The notes under the pieces: generated by a model
Databases searched by the model: none
The model's input: only the letters and a program-made list of their open reading frames with translations
Told to the model about the DNA's origin: nothing
Assembly: GCA_032249235.1 (NCBI GenBank)
Contig: JAVVGF010000001.1
Location: 32,001-96,000 of the forward strand
Source of the DNA: Thermoproteota archaeon
GTDB lineage: Archaea; Thermoproteota; Thermoprotei; Gearchaeales; Gearchaeaceae
Length of the DNA: 64,000 bases
Direction of reading: 5' to 3'
Shown here: piece by piece, positions 18,353-27,649 of the stretch
How positions within the stretch are numbered: position 1 is the first letter of the stretch
Layout: the number at the start of each line of letters is the position of its first letter
Program-made: the position numbers and the translations under genes

Positions 18353-19052
18353 TTATCTTTTCAAATATTTCATAATCTTCAATTACTTCTACTTTTCTGT
18401 TTCTAAAGAATTTATTTACATTCTTTATATCCCTCAAAAGAAAATTTAATGCATTAGGGTGATTTTTCTTAACAGATTGCCCAAAATCTAGAAAGTATGG
18501 TTCTTTCTTAAAATAAGCGATATTAAATTCAGAAAGATCTGCATGAACTATTCCTGCTTTGTACAATTTCTCAATAAACTCAATTATTCTTTTATATAAA
18601 TACTCAAAATCAGCTTCATTTATAGTATAAATCAAAGGAGCTGGAGCTCCGTTTTCTCCTAGAAATTCCATTACTAATATGTTATTTAGGAAAAAAATCG
18701 GTTTTGGCACATTCACTCCTGCATTATATGCTATGTTTAAATGATTGAATTCTCTCCTACACCATTCGAATACAGCAAGCCTAAAATTTTTTGAATAAAT
18801 CCTATACAATTCATCATCTAAATACATCCTCATACCTCTTTTGAACTCAGCAGAGCTTGTTAAATAGATCTTAACAGCTAGAGGTTCATCATTTTTTGTA
18901 AAGGCTAAATATACTCTAGATTCTTTTCCAGATGAAATAGCACCATTAAATCTATCCAAGATACCCTTTCTTATAATTTTGTATGCTGTCATTACAGTTG
19001 AATAATCAAATACTTCTTCAAGTGTAGCAAAACGCTCGCTATCTTTTTCCAT
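18342..19052 (-). CDS. rio1: RIO1 family serine kinase
   Basis: ISSGKESRVY, AVKIY, VHADLSEFNI, DFGQSV. Confidence 0.95.
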   Translation of the reverse strand: MEKDSERFATLEEVFDYSTVMTAYKIIRKGILDRFNGAISSGKESRVYLAFTKNDEPLAVKIYLTSSAEFKRGMRMYLDDELYRIYSKNFRLAVFEWCRREFNHLNIAYNAGVNVPKPIFFLNNILVMEFLGENGAPAPLIYTINEADFEYLYKRIIEFIEKLYKAGIVHADLSEFNIAYFKKEPYFLDFGQSVKKNHPNALNFLLRDIKNVNKFFRNRKVEVIEDYEIFEKIINL

Positions 19053-19091
19053 ACAAGTTAAAATACGTTTCTTTCAATATTTGTCTATAAT

Positions 19092-19634
19092 ATGTCAACA
19101 AGCATAATAGTTAAGATTTCTCAAAACTTTATTTCAAAAATAAAAAAAGAACCTTCTTTGTTAGAAGAAATTGAAAGATATGCGTATTCAACAATCCAAA
19201 TCGATGAAGCTGCAGGCTCATTAATAATAAAAGGTAAAGATAATAAAAGCGATGTATTGAAAGTAAGAGATTTCGTAATAGCACTGGATAATTGTGTGGA
19301 TGAAAATATAGCTAAAGAAATATTGAAGAAAGATTTGATGCTTTATTTAATAGATCTAAAAGATATTGTGTCAAAAGATGAAGTGAAAAGGATTATGGCT
19401 AGGATAATAGGCGAAGGAGGGAAAATAAAGGCAAAGATTTCAGAAGTAACAGGTTGTCATATAACGATAAATGATTCAAGAATTTTATTAATTGGTAATT
19501 TCGATGAAGTGGAATATGCAAAGCAAGCAATACAAATTATTGTGGATGGTTCCCCTTTTGCAAGATTGTTCAAATACTTAGATAAAGTAAAAAGAGAAAA
19601 ACAATTAAAGCAAATTGAAGAATATACTAAATGA
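19092..19634 (+). CDS. KH-domain RNA-processing protein (Dim2/Pno1-like)
   Basis: RIIGEGGK KH motif; synteny with rio1/top6. Confidence 0.85.
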   Translation: MSTSIIVKISQNFISKIKKEPSLLEEIERYAYSTIQIDEAAGSLIIKGKDNKSDVLKVRDFVIALDNCVDENIAKEILKKDLMLYLIDLKDIVSKDEVKRIMARIIGEGGKIKAKISEVTGCHITINDSRILLIGNFDEVEYAKQAIQIIVDGSPFARLFKYLDKVKREKQLKQIEEYTK

Positions 19635-21142
19635 TCAAATTCGAGGAAATATCACCTTCAGATTTCTTTTATAGAAATAAAGAAATAGCTGGCTTTGAAA
19701 ATCCAGCTAAGGCATGCTATACTATTGTAAGAGAGTTTCTTGAAAATTCTCTAGACGCTTGCGAATTAGGAGGCTTTCTTCCTGAAATCGAAATTTATAT
19801 GAAATCAGTCAATATAGAAGAGAAAAGATTGAGAATAAAAGTTATTGATAATGGAATTGGAGTGCCGCATGACAAGATACCTTTAGCATTCGGAAAAATA
19901 TTATACAGCTCAAAATATGTTTTGAGACAACATCGCGGAATATTTGGCCTAGGAGGAAAAATGGCTGTATTGTATTCACAGATAACGACTAACAATCCAT
20001 TTCGAGTAATTTCTGCAACGCCTAATAATGGGTATATTTCCTTCTATGAATTAAAGATAGATATTTTGAGAAATGAACCTATTATTCTAAAAAGATCAAA
20101 AATAATCAACCAGAATGGTTGGCATGGATTAATTCTTGAATGTGAATTCATCGGGGATTATCTTTTATCAAAGAAGAAGATTTTCGAATATCTTTTCCAA
20201 ACATCTATCGCAGTTCCTTATGCAAGAATTTATTATCAAGATTATGAAGGCAATGCGCTTCTTTTTGAAAGGAAAACAGATAAGATTCCTCCCATTCCTG
20301 AGGAAACTCTTTTACATCCAAAAGGTGTAGATCTTGAAATGCTAAAAAGACTTATAAAAATCAATCCAAATTTACCCTTGAATCGCTTTCTCGCAAAGAA
20401 CTTTCAAAGAATAGGTCAAAAAGCTGCAGAAGAAATATTAAAACTTGCTAATATAGAATTTGAAAAACCTGTTTCTAAATTAACTGAAGAAGAAATTGTT
20501 AGGTTATATAACGTAATGAAATCTTATCCATTTAAAAGACCAAGCGCTAATTCTTTATCTCCTCTCGGCGAAAGTTTCGCTATTGGCATTAAAGAAACTT
20601 TTAATCCTGAATTTTTATCCTATGACATGAGAGAACCTTCAAGTTTTGAAGGTCATCCGTTTATTGTAGAAACTGCTATAGCTTATGGAGGTGATATACC
20701 AATTCCTGAACAAAATGAAATAAATCTATTTAGATTTGCTAATAAAATACCTTTAATATATGATAGCTACAATGATGTATCAATGAAAGTTATAAAAAAT
20801 ATTAACTGGAGTATTTATAAATTAAATATTTATCAAGAACCAATTGCATTTTTTGTTCATATATGCTCTACTAAGATACCATATAAAACATTGGGAAAAG
20901 AATATATAGCAAATCAGCCAGAAATTTATAAAGAAATAGAATTATCTATAAGAAAAAATGCAAGACTATTATCTGCATATATAAATAAAAAAAGGATCAT
21001 TGAATATCAAAAAATCAGATATAAATATTTAAAAGAGTATATTGAGAAAATAGCTAACTTTGCATGCATTTTAGCCAATGAAGATCCCAAAAAGATTAAG
21101 AATAACATTGTGAAGTTGGTCGAGATTAATGATGCCAGTTAA
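19631..21142 (+). CDS. top6B: DNA topoisomerase VI subunit B
   Basis: REFLENSLDA, DNGIG, RGIFGLG GHKL motifs, RFANKIPL. Confidence 0.97.
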   Translation: MIKFEEISPSDFFYRNKEIAGFENPAKACYTIVREFLENSLDACELGGFLPEIEIYMKSVNIEEKRLRIKVIDNGIGVPHDKIPLAFGKILYSSKYVLRQHRGIFGLGGKMAVLYSQITTNNPFRVISATPNNGYISFYELKIDILRNEPIILKRSKIINQNGWHGLILECEFIGDYLLSKKKIFEYLFQTSIAVPYARIYYQDYEGNALLFERKTDKIPPIPEETLLHPKGVDLEMLKRLIKINPNLPLNRFLAKNFQRIGQKAAEEILKLANIEFEKPVSKLTEEEIVRLYNVMKSYPFKRPSANSLSPLGESFAIGIKETFNPEFLSYDMREPSSFEGHPFIVETAIAYGGDIPIPEQNEINLFRFANKIPLIYDSYNDVSMKVIKNINWSIYKLNIYQEPIAFFVHICSTKIPYKTLGKEYIANQPEIYKEIELSIRKNARLLSAYINKKRIIEYQKIRYKYLKEYIEKIANFACILANEDPKKIKNNIVKLVEINDAS

Positions 21143-22190
21143 TGATAAGTTAACTTTAATTGGTAAAGAAATATTAGAACAAATAAAAAGAGAGAATTTT
21201 CCTTCAATAACTTTTCCTTTACGTTCTGTAAGCAATATAATATATGATGAAGAGACAGGCATAGTAAAACTTGGAAACAAAAAAGTCACAAGAAGAGCGA
21301 GTAATGTTAAACAGGCTAAAGTTTTTTCTCAATTACTTTGGATTGCATCTTTTGCAAAGAAGGAATTATTAGAAAAAAATAGATCATGTAGTTTGAGAGA
21401 TCTTTTTTACAACTCTTTCAATGATATAAAGATAAAATTTCAGGATCAAGATGAATCTGATAAACTCGTTGTTGAGCTTGAAACTATACTTGAAGTAGCA
21501 AGAGAACATTTCAATATAATTCCTGAAGAAAAAAGTTCAATATTTGGGGATCTCGTTGTCGAATATACGATGCCTCCAACTCATAAGGGGCAAAGAGTCA
21601 GTCTTACTACAGATCCTGATGGTAAAAATATTGGTTTGTCATTGGCAACAGCAAAGTTCGTTGATGTCAAAGCTTCAATGGTAATAGTCATAGAAAAAGG
21701 AGCTATATTTAGAAGATTTATCGAAGAACAAGTATACAAAAAATTAAATGCAATTTTGATCGATAGCGGCGGCCAAGCTCCTAGGTTTACTAGAATGTTG
21801 ATAAGAAGGCTTAATAAAGAATTGGGTTTACCTGTATATATTTTAACAGATGCAGATCCTTGGGGTATGCATATTGCAAGAGTAATAATATCAGGTTCAG
21901 CTATCTCAGCACATATTCCTGAGCTTGCAACACCAGATGCAAAATGGTTGGGTATTTACGCTACTGATATAAAGAAATACAATTTACCTTCAATTCCTTT
22001 AACTCAACTTGATATTCACAGATTGGAAACGATGAAGAGAGATCCTAGATATAGCAAAGGTATATGGAAGGATCAACTAGAAGAATTTCTAAAAATTAAA
22101 GTTAAGGCTGAGCTTGAAGCTTTCAGCAAATATGGATTGACTGCAATCATTGACAAATATTTAATGAAGAAGATGAAAGAAGTCAAGTGA
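21129..22190 (+). CDS. top6A: DNA topoisomerase VI subunit A
   Basis: SLRDLFY catalytic Tyr, QDESD, IEKGA, TDADPWG Toprim, KAELEA. Confidence 0.97.
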   Translation: MMPVNDKLTLIGKEILEQIKRENFPSITFPLRSVSNIIYDEETGIVKLGNKKVTRRASNVKQAKVFSQLLWIASFAKKELLEKNRSCSLRDLFYNSFNDIKIKFQDQDESDKLVVELETILEVAREHFNIIPEEKSSIFGDLVVEYTMPPTHKGQRVSLTTDPDGKNIGLSLATAKFVDVKASMVIVIEKGAIFRRFIEEQVYKKLNAILIDSGGQAPRFTRMLIRRLNKELGLPVYILTDADPWGMHIARVIISGSAISAHIPELATPDAKWLGIYATDIKKYNLPSIPLTQLDIHRLETMKRDPRYSKGIWKDQLEEFLKIKVKAELEAFSKYGLTAIIDKYLMKKMKEVK

Positions 22191-22229
22191 TTCAATCTTT
22201 TTATTCTTCTATTATCTAATTTTTTATAC

Positions 22230-23381
22230 ATGTCATTTTACGACGTGATAATAGTAGGAGCAGGCCCAGCAGGGGCTGCAGCTGCTAAATCAGCAGCTAA
22301 AAATGGAGCTAAAGTTTTATTGATAGAAAAACATCCTACAATACAAGCAAATAAGCCTTGTGGAGAAGCTGTTAGTGCTAGGACGTTCGAGACTGCAGGA
22401 ATACCTATAAAAGATGAATTCATTGTAAATGTTGCCTATGCTCAGGTTTATTCTCCTTCATTGAAAAGAATAGATATCAAAGAAAAAGGTTTCTTAATAA
22501 ATAAATCGAGATTTATACAAGAGCTAGTTGTTCATGCTGTGGAAAATGGTGCTGAGGTAAAAGTAAGAGAAGAAGTCAAGGAAGCTGGTTTCGATGTTAA
22601 TGATAAATTAGTTAAAGTGAAAACAGTTCATGGAGAATATAAGTGCAAAGTTTTAATAGGTGCTGATGGTTATGCTTCTGTCGTTGCTAGAAGTTTTGGA
22701 ATAAATGAGAAATCTGAGCCTATACCTACTGTTCAATACATAATGGTAGGTAAAAAATTTAGAGATATCGATGCAGTCCGTTTTTATGTAGCAAATAAAT
22801 GGGCTCCAAAAGGCTATGCATGGATATTTCCAAAAAATGAAAAAATGGCTGAGGTAGGCGTTGGGGTAAGAGGCGGACCTGCAAAATTATTTCTAGATAA
22901 ATTCATTCAAGATTTTAAAGAAGAACTAGGAGGAGCTCAAATAATAGATTATAGAGGAGCACCTGTGCCAATAGGAGGTATGATCAATAATGATGTTTCT
23001 GACGGTTTCATACTTATAGGTGATGCAGCAGGTACAGTAATGCCTTTAACAGGTGGAGGAATTCATTCATGTGTTGCTTCAGGAATGATAGCTGGTGAAG
23101 TTGCTGCAAAAGCTGCGTTAGAAGGTAATAATAGTAAAGAAAGATTGATGGGGTATCGCAGAAGATATGATGAGTATTGGGGGGATAGAATCAAGAAAAG
23201 CCTCAAAGCGATGCGCGTTCTTGAAAGATTGAGCGATGAAGAATTGGATGAGCTTGCAGATATTTTAGTTGATAGTGATATCTTAGATTTAGCGAATGGC
23301 TTAGATATTAAAAGAGTAGCTCTTAAGCTTTTATCTCATCCAAGACTTGCTATAAGTGTAGCGAAAGCATTATTAAGTTGA
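22230..23381 (+). CDS. geranylgeranyl reductase family FAD oxidoreductase
   Basis: GAGPAG, KPCGE, GADG, GYAWIFP, GDAAG...PLTGGGI. Confidence 0.88.
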   Translation: MSFYDVIIVGAGPAGAAAAKSAAKNGAKVLLIEKHPTIQANKPCGEAVSARTFETAGIPIKDEFIVNVAYAQVYSPSLKRIDIKEKGFLINKSRFIQELVVHAVENGAEVKVREEVKEAGFDVNDKLVKVKTVHGEYKCKVLIGADGYASVVARSFGINEKSEPIPTVQYIMVGKKFRDIDAVRFYVANKWAPKGYAWIFPKNEKMAEVGVGVRGGPAKLFLDKFIQDFKEELGGAQIIDYRGAPVPIGGMINNDVSDGFILIGDAAGTVMPLTGGGIHSCVASGMIAGEVAAKAALEGNNSKERLMGYRRRYDEYWGDRIKKSLKAMRVLERLSDEELDELADILVDSDILDLANGLDIKRVALKLLSHPRLAISVAKALLS

Positions 23382-23830
23382 AGAGAGGGACATTAGATGA
23401 ATTAGATTTAAAGATTCTCAAAGCACTTGTAGAAAATGGTAGATTATCTGCGCGAAAACTATCTGAAATGTTAAACGTTTCTGTAGGAACGATTATAAAA
23501 AGAATAGAAAAGCTAGAGCAAGATGGTATAATATTAGGATATACTGCTATAGTCAATCATGAGAAATTAGGTTATGATTTAGTATCTATAATTGAAGTTC
23601 GCGTTTCTCAAGGTAAACTGCTCGATGTTGAGAATCAGATAGCTAAATTACCTAATGTTTATGGTGTATACGACATAACGGGAGATTATGATGCCTTGAT
23701 AATTGCGAGATTTAAAAGCAGGAAAGAATTGGATAATTTCATAAAAACTCTATTAGCAATGCCCTATGTTGAAAGAACCAGAACTCATTTTGTTTTAAAT
23801 GTTGTAAAAGAGGATAATAGATTCATATGA
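23378..23830 (+). CDS. Lrp/AsnC family transcriptional regulator
   Basis: LDELDLKIL HTH, LEQDGIILGY, YDITGDYD RAM domain. Confidence 0.93.
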   Translation: MKRGTLDELDLKILKALVENGRLSARKLSEMLNVSVGTIIKRIEKLEQDGIILGYTAIVNHEKLGYDLVSIIEVRVSQGKLLDVENQIAKLPNVYGVYDITGDYDALIIARFKSRKELDNFIKTLLAMPYVERTRTHFVLNVVKEDNRFI

Positions 23831-24579
23831 GTGAAAGAGGAGCAATTTGTCTAGTAAGCGGTGGAGTAGATAGCGTTACATGTTTATATTATGTAAAATA
23901 TCGATTAAAACCAAAAGATTTGAAAATAATATTTTGCAACTACGGTCAAAGGACGTTTGAAGAAGAAGCTTATTGCATCAAGAAAATAGCTAGCTTATTG
24001 AATTCAGAATTAAAGATAATAGATTTGAGATGGCTTGGTGAAATAAGTACTTCATTGCTTACTAAAAAAGACGTTGAGATTCCTGAAACGAAGATAGAAG
24101 ATTTATGGGATCCTGAAAAAGCAAAAGCTAGAATTTTGAGATGGTGGGACCCATGTAGAAACGCAATACTAATATTAGTAGCATTAGCTCATGCAGAAAG
24201 CCTAGATATAAAATATGGAATGAAGTATGATGTATACATTGGCATTAGAAGAGAAACGCCTATAGCTATGAAAGATAATACTCCTGAATTTATAGAGATC
24301 ATGAATAAAGTCGTAGAACATGCTACACATTATGGTGGATATAAAGTTTATGCGCCTTTAATAACTTACGATAAAGATAAAGTAGTTAAGTTAGGTGAAG
24401 AGCTAAAAGTTCCTTGGCAATTTACTTATAGTTGCTATAGAGGCGGTTTAGGTTTTACAGAAATAGAAGGTGAGAAAATACCAATTCATTGTGGATGGTG
24501 TAGTAATTGTAGAAGAAGAATTCTAGCTTTCAAAGATGCTGGTATTAAGGATCCATCATATTATTTAAAAAGTTTTTAA
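23827..24579 (+). CDS. queC: 7-cyano-7-deazaguanine synthase (archaeosine pathway)
   Basis: SGGVDS PP-loop, YGQR, PCRN, TYSCY...CGWCSNC. Confidence 0.9.
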   Translation: MSERGAICLVSGGVDSVTCLYYVKYRLKPKDLKIIFCNYGQRTFEEEAYCIKKIASLLNSELKIIDLRWLGEISTSLLTKKDVEIPETKIEDLWDPEKAKARILRWWDPCRNAILILVALAHAESLDIKYGMKYDVYIGIRRETPIAMKDNTPEFIEIMNKVVEHATHYGGYKVYAPLITYDKDKVVKLGEELKVPWQFTYSCYRGGLGFTEIEGEKIPIHCGWCSNCRRRILAFKDAGIKDPSYYLKSF

Positions 24580-24653
24580 TTAAATTATTAAATATCTAAT
24601 TTTAAATAATATTAATAAAAGTTTTTATCTTTAATTTTAATTATTATTAAATT

Positions 24654-25133
24654 ATGATAGATAGATCTCAGTTTAGAGAGATCATGTCATATTTTGCCAC
24701 AGGAGTTACGATCGTAGCTGTGAACATTAATTCGAAACCTTATGGTCTTACTGTTAATTCTTTTACTTCAGTATCTTTAGAACCACCTTTAATATTGATT
24801 TGTATCCAGAAAGGTAAGAAAGCTCATGATATGATTTCTAGAGCAAAATTTTTCAGTATTAATATATTAACGAGCGAACAAGAGCATTTATCAGTTAGAT
24901 TTGCAGATCCTAAAATTGAAGACATTAGATTTGAAGGTGTAGATTATGAAATAGATGAATATGGTTGTCCTCTTATTAAAAACTGTTTAGCCTATATAAT
25001 ATGCAGAAAATACAAAGAATATGATGGAGGCGATCATACAATTTTCTTAGGTGAAATTGTTGAAATGATTAAAGGTCAAGAGAAACTTCCTTTAATCTTC
25101 TTCAAAAGAAATTATTATACGATTAAAATTTAA
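24654..25133 (+). CDS. flavin reductase (HpaC/RutF family)
   Basis: FATGVT, TVNSFTSVSLEPPL, GGDHTIF. Confidence 0.92.
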   Translation: MIDRSQFREIMSYFATGVTIVAVNINSKPYGLTVNSFTSVSLEPPLILICIQKGKKAHDMISRAKFFSINILTSEQEHLSVRFADPKIEDIRFEGVDYEIDEYGCPLIKNCLAYIICRKYKEYDGGDHTIFLGEIVEMIKGQEKLPLIFFKRNYYTIKI

Positions 25134-25995
25134 TTTGCGGCGTTGCTGGATCTAAATACATTATTAAGAATATTAAAGCGAGATAAGGTGTTGAGAATTT
25201 AAATAATAGCCATGCATTTTTCTTTGTCGGATTCAATAATATTTTCGCTACAATAGCGAAGAAAATTGCATTCAATATGATGCTACCTGTTATGTAAATC
25301 AAGCCTAAGCCACCCACATAACTTATCAGCAGTGATATTATCGGCAAAGGTATAGATGATATAGCTATGTATTTTGCTGCTTTCTTTTCATCTGGGATTG
25401 CTGTAAGCATTTTTATGTTAGCTCTCATATAATCATCGTTTCTTCTCAACGCTAAAGCCCAGATATGCGGGTTTGTCCAAAAATATATTAACATGCCCAA
25501 TAAGAAAGCGAAGAAATTGAAGCTTCCTGTTGCTGCAGCCCATCCTCCCCATGCAGTGCAATTACCTGCAAATCCTCCTATTATTACGTTAAGAGTAGTT
25601 CTTTTTTTCAAAAAGGTATATAGCATATAAATGACAGTCGCTAAAGATATGAAAAAGGAGGTCATGAGATTAACGAAGATATAGGCTAAGGCTATACCTG
25701 AAATAATTAGAATAACTCCTGAATAAAAAGCAAAAGAAGGGCTTATGGTTCCTTTAACCAAAGGTCTTTTCTTTGTCCTATCCATTATTCTATCGCTATC
25801 GACTTCAAAATATTCGTTCAATGCTCCATTACCCATTATTGCAAGAGTTCCTGAAATTATCATAAATGAAAATTTTAATAGATCGAATTCATAACCTACT
25901 TTTATAGCTAGCAAATATGAAAAGATCGCAGTGAATATTAGCAACGTCCATACTCTAAACTTATAGAGCACTATTAGATCCTTAATCTTTTTCAC
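25123..25995 (-). CDS. ctaB: protoheme IX prenyltransferase (heme O synthase)
   Basis: DRIMDRTKKRPL, LKKRTTLNVIIGG, WTNPHIWAL; UbiA fold. Confidence 0.92.
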   Translation of the reverse strand: MKKIKDLIVLYKFRVWTLLIFTAIFSYLLAIKVGYEFDLLKFSFMIISGTLAIMGNGALNEYFEVDSDRIMDRTKKRPLVKGTISPSFAFYSGVILIISGIALAYIFVNLMTSFFISLATVIYMLYTFLKKRTTLNVIIGGFAGNCTAWGGWAAATGSFNFFAFLLGMLIYFWTNPHIWALALRRNDDYMRANIKMLTAIPDEKKAAKYIAISSIPLPIISLLISYVGGLGLIYITGSIILNAIFFAIVAKILLNPTKKNAWLLFKFSTPYLALIFLIMYLDPATPQIKF

Positions 25996-26056
25996 CTTTG
26001 CTTTCTTAATCTATCTATTTTAATAATCTAACTATACCTACTTATATAATTGTATA

Positions 26057-26539
26057 ATGCAAGAAGTTTTCGCTGCAGTAGCAATAATAGTTAGGAGAAA
26101 CAATGAAGTATTATTCGTAAAAAGGAAAAAAAGAGAAGGAGATCCTTGGTCCGGCGATGTAGCTTTACCTGGAGGAATGCATAAAAAAGAAGATTTAGAA
26201 TTGATAAATACTGCAATAAGAGAAGTTAAAGAGGAAGTGGGGATAGATCTTTCCAAGCATGAATATATTGGCTCACTTCCTTTCCTTTCAAGCATTGTGA
26301 GGAAAGAGCTTAAGGTGAAAGCATTTATATTTGCTTTAAAAAACGAGGAATTTCCTGTAAAGAATGAGGAAATTGATGATTTTTACTGGATTTCATTGAA
26401 AAAACTAAAGAGAAAATTTGTGTATATCGAAAAGATTAAAAAAAGAAGAATAGCTTATGTTTATGAAAATATAACGATATGGGGTTTGACTTATAGAATA
26501 CTTACTTTATTGAAGAAACTATATCCTCAATTTTTTTAG
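26057..26539 (+). CDS. Nudix hydrolase, CoA pyrophosphatase-like
   Basis: PWSGDVALPGG, AIREVKEEVG Nudix box, IWGLT. Confidence 0.88.
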   Translation: MQEVFAAVAIIVRRNNEVLFVKRKKREGDPWSGDVALPGGMHKKEDLELINTAIREVKEEVGIDLSKHEYIGSLPFLSSIVRKELKVKAFIFALKNEEFPVKNEEIDDFYWISLKKLKRKFVYIEKIKKRRIAYVYENITIWGLTYRILTLLKKLYPQFF

Positions 26540-26795
26540 CTAGAATGAAATCGAGTTCTGTGATCCCACCTTCATCATGTGTAGTCAATTTTATTGTTAA
26601 CTTATTGTAATCCTTTAATTCTATATCTGGATGATGTTCAAGTTCCTCAGCTATTGGAACAATTTTATTTATGAAATTTACTGCACTTACGAAATCATTG
26701 AATTGTAAGCTTCTTATCAAGTAGTCACCTTCTTTTCTCCAATTCTTAAGCTCCTTTAATCTTTCAACAATCTCTGCTTCTGACAATTTAACCAT
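26502..26795 (-). CDS. pterin-4-alpha-carbinolamine dehydratase
   Basis: AEELEHHPDI, LTTHDEGGITELD. Confidence 0.93.
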   Translation of the reverse strand: MVKLSEAEIVERLKELKNWRKEGDYLIRSLQFNDFVSAVNFINKIVPIAEELEHHPDIELKDYNKLTIKLTTHDEGGITELDFILAKKIEDIVSSIK

Positions 26796-26805
26796 ATTAT
26801 ATAAG

Positions 26806-27216
26806 CTAGAAATAAAGTATTAAATCTGCTTCGCTAATAAGAGAGGAGATTTCGAACAAAGTTGCAAGATCAAAAATTTTATTTAACATTTCAGAATCTC
26901 CAATCCGCTTAGATAGACTTGTTGCAATAGTAGATGTATTGCATACTTTTACTTTAATTTTAAATTTTCTTTTAAGCATCTCTAAAAATTCTATATGATT
27001 TCTTGTATTAGTCAAGTCCAAACCTGTTTGAGTTTGTATAGCTTGCTTAATATCTTCTTTTAATTCAATGAACAAATTCTTCCTTGCCAAATTTACTGCT
27101 TCATCAATTAATATTAAGGAAACTTCATGCGAACGGGAGAAAAAAGCCAAATATGCGAGCGGTACAAAAATTTTCTCGTCTTTATATAATTTATTTAGAA
27201 TAAGGCAAATCTTCAA
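26806..27216 (-). CDS. DsrE/DsrF-like protein
   Basis: EVSLILIDEAVNLA, VKVC..S Cys motif, C-terminal EADLILYF. Confidence 0.65.
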   Translation of the reverse strand: MKICLILNKLYKDEKIFVPLAYLAFFSRSHEVSLILIDEAVNLARKNLFIELKEDIKQAIQTQTGLDLTNTRNHIEFLEMLKRKFKIKVKVCNTSTIATSLSKRIGDSEMLNKIFDLATLFEISSLISEADLILYF

Positions 27217-27449
27217 CCTTCTGCTTCCATTTCAATTACTCTATCCTCACCAGGCTTGAAAGCTTTATCATATACATGTATAATGGCAGCCATGGCGAAA
27301 AGAAGGATTGCAACAAATATACCCGCATTTCTCTGTTGTTCATAGCTTAAAAAAGGATATTGAAGATATATTAGAATCACTAGTATTATCTGTAATATTA
27401 ATAAGCCAATGATTATATAGCTGGCACTTCTTTTATCCATCTTACTCAC
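27213..27449 (-). CDS. small two-helix membrane protein
   Basis: Two hydrophobic segments; overlaps both neighbours by 4 nt. Confidence 0.7.
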   Translation of the reverse strand: MSKMDKRSASYIIIGLLILQIILVILIYLQYPFLSYEQQRNAGIFVAILLFAMAAIIHVYDKAFKPGEDRVIEMEAEG

Positions 27450-27649
27450 CTATTAGACTTATATAATAATGTTATGAAGAACAATGTTAAAAAGCCAACT
27501 AAGAAACCTAAAAATACGCCGCTTGCAAGAGTTAAAATATTCATTCCTCCTGCAATCATGCTTCTTATTAGGCTCACTAATTGGTATGTTGAAATTATGT
27601 ATACCAACATCATAATGCTGAGTAAAAATAACATCTTATTCATATCCAT
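27446..27649 (-). CDS. small two-helix membrane protein
   Basis: Hydrophobic 67 aa; overlaps the cytochrome b stop. Confidence 0.65.
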   Translation of the reverse strand: MDMNKMLFLLSIMMLVYIISTYQLVSLIRSMIAGGMNILTLASGVFLGFLVGFLTLFFITLLYKSNR

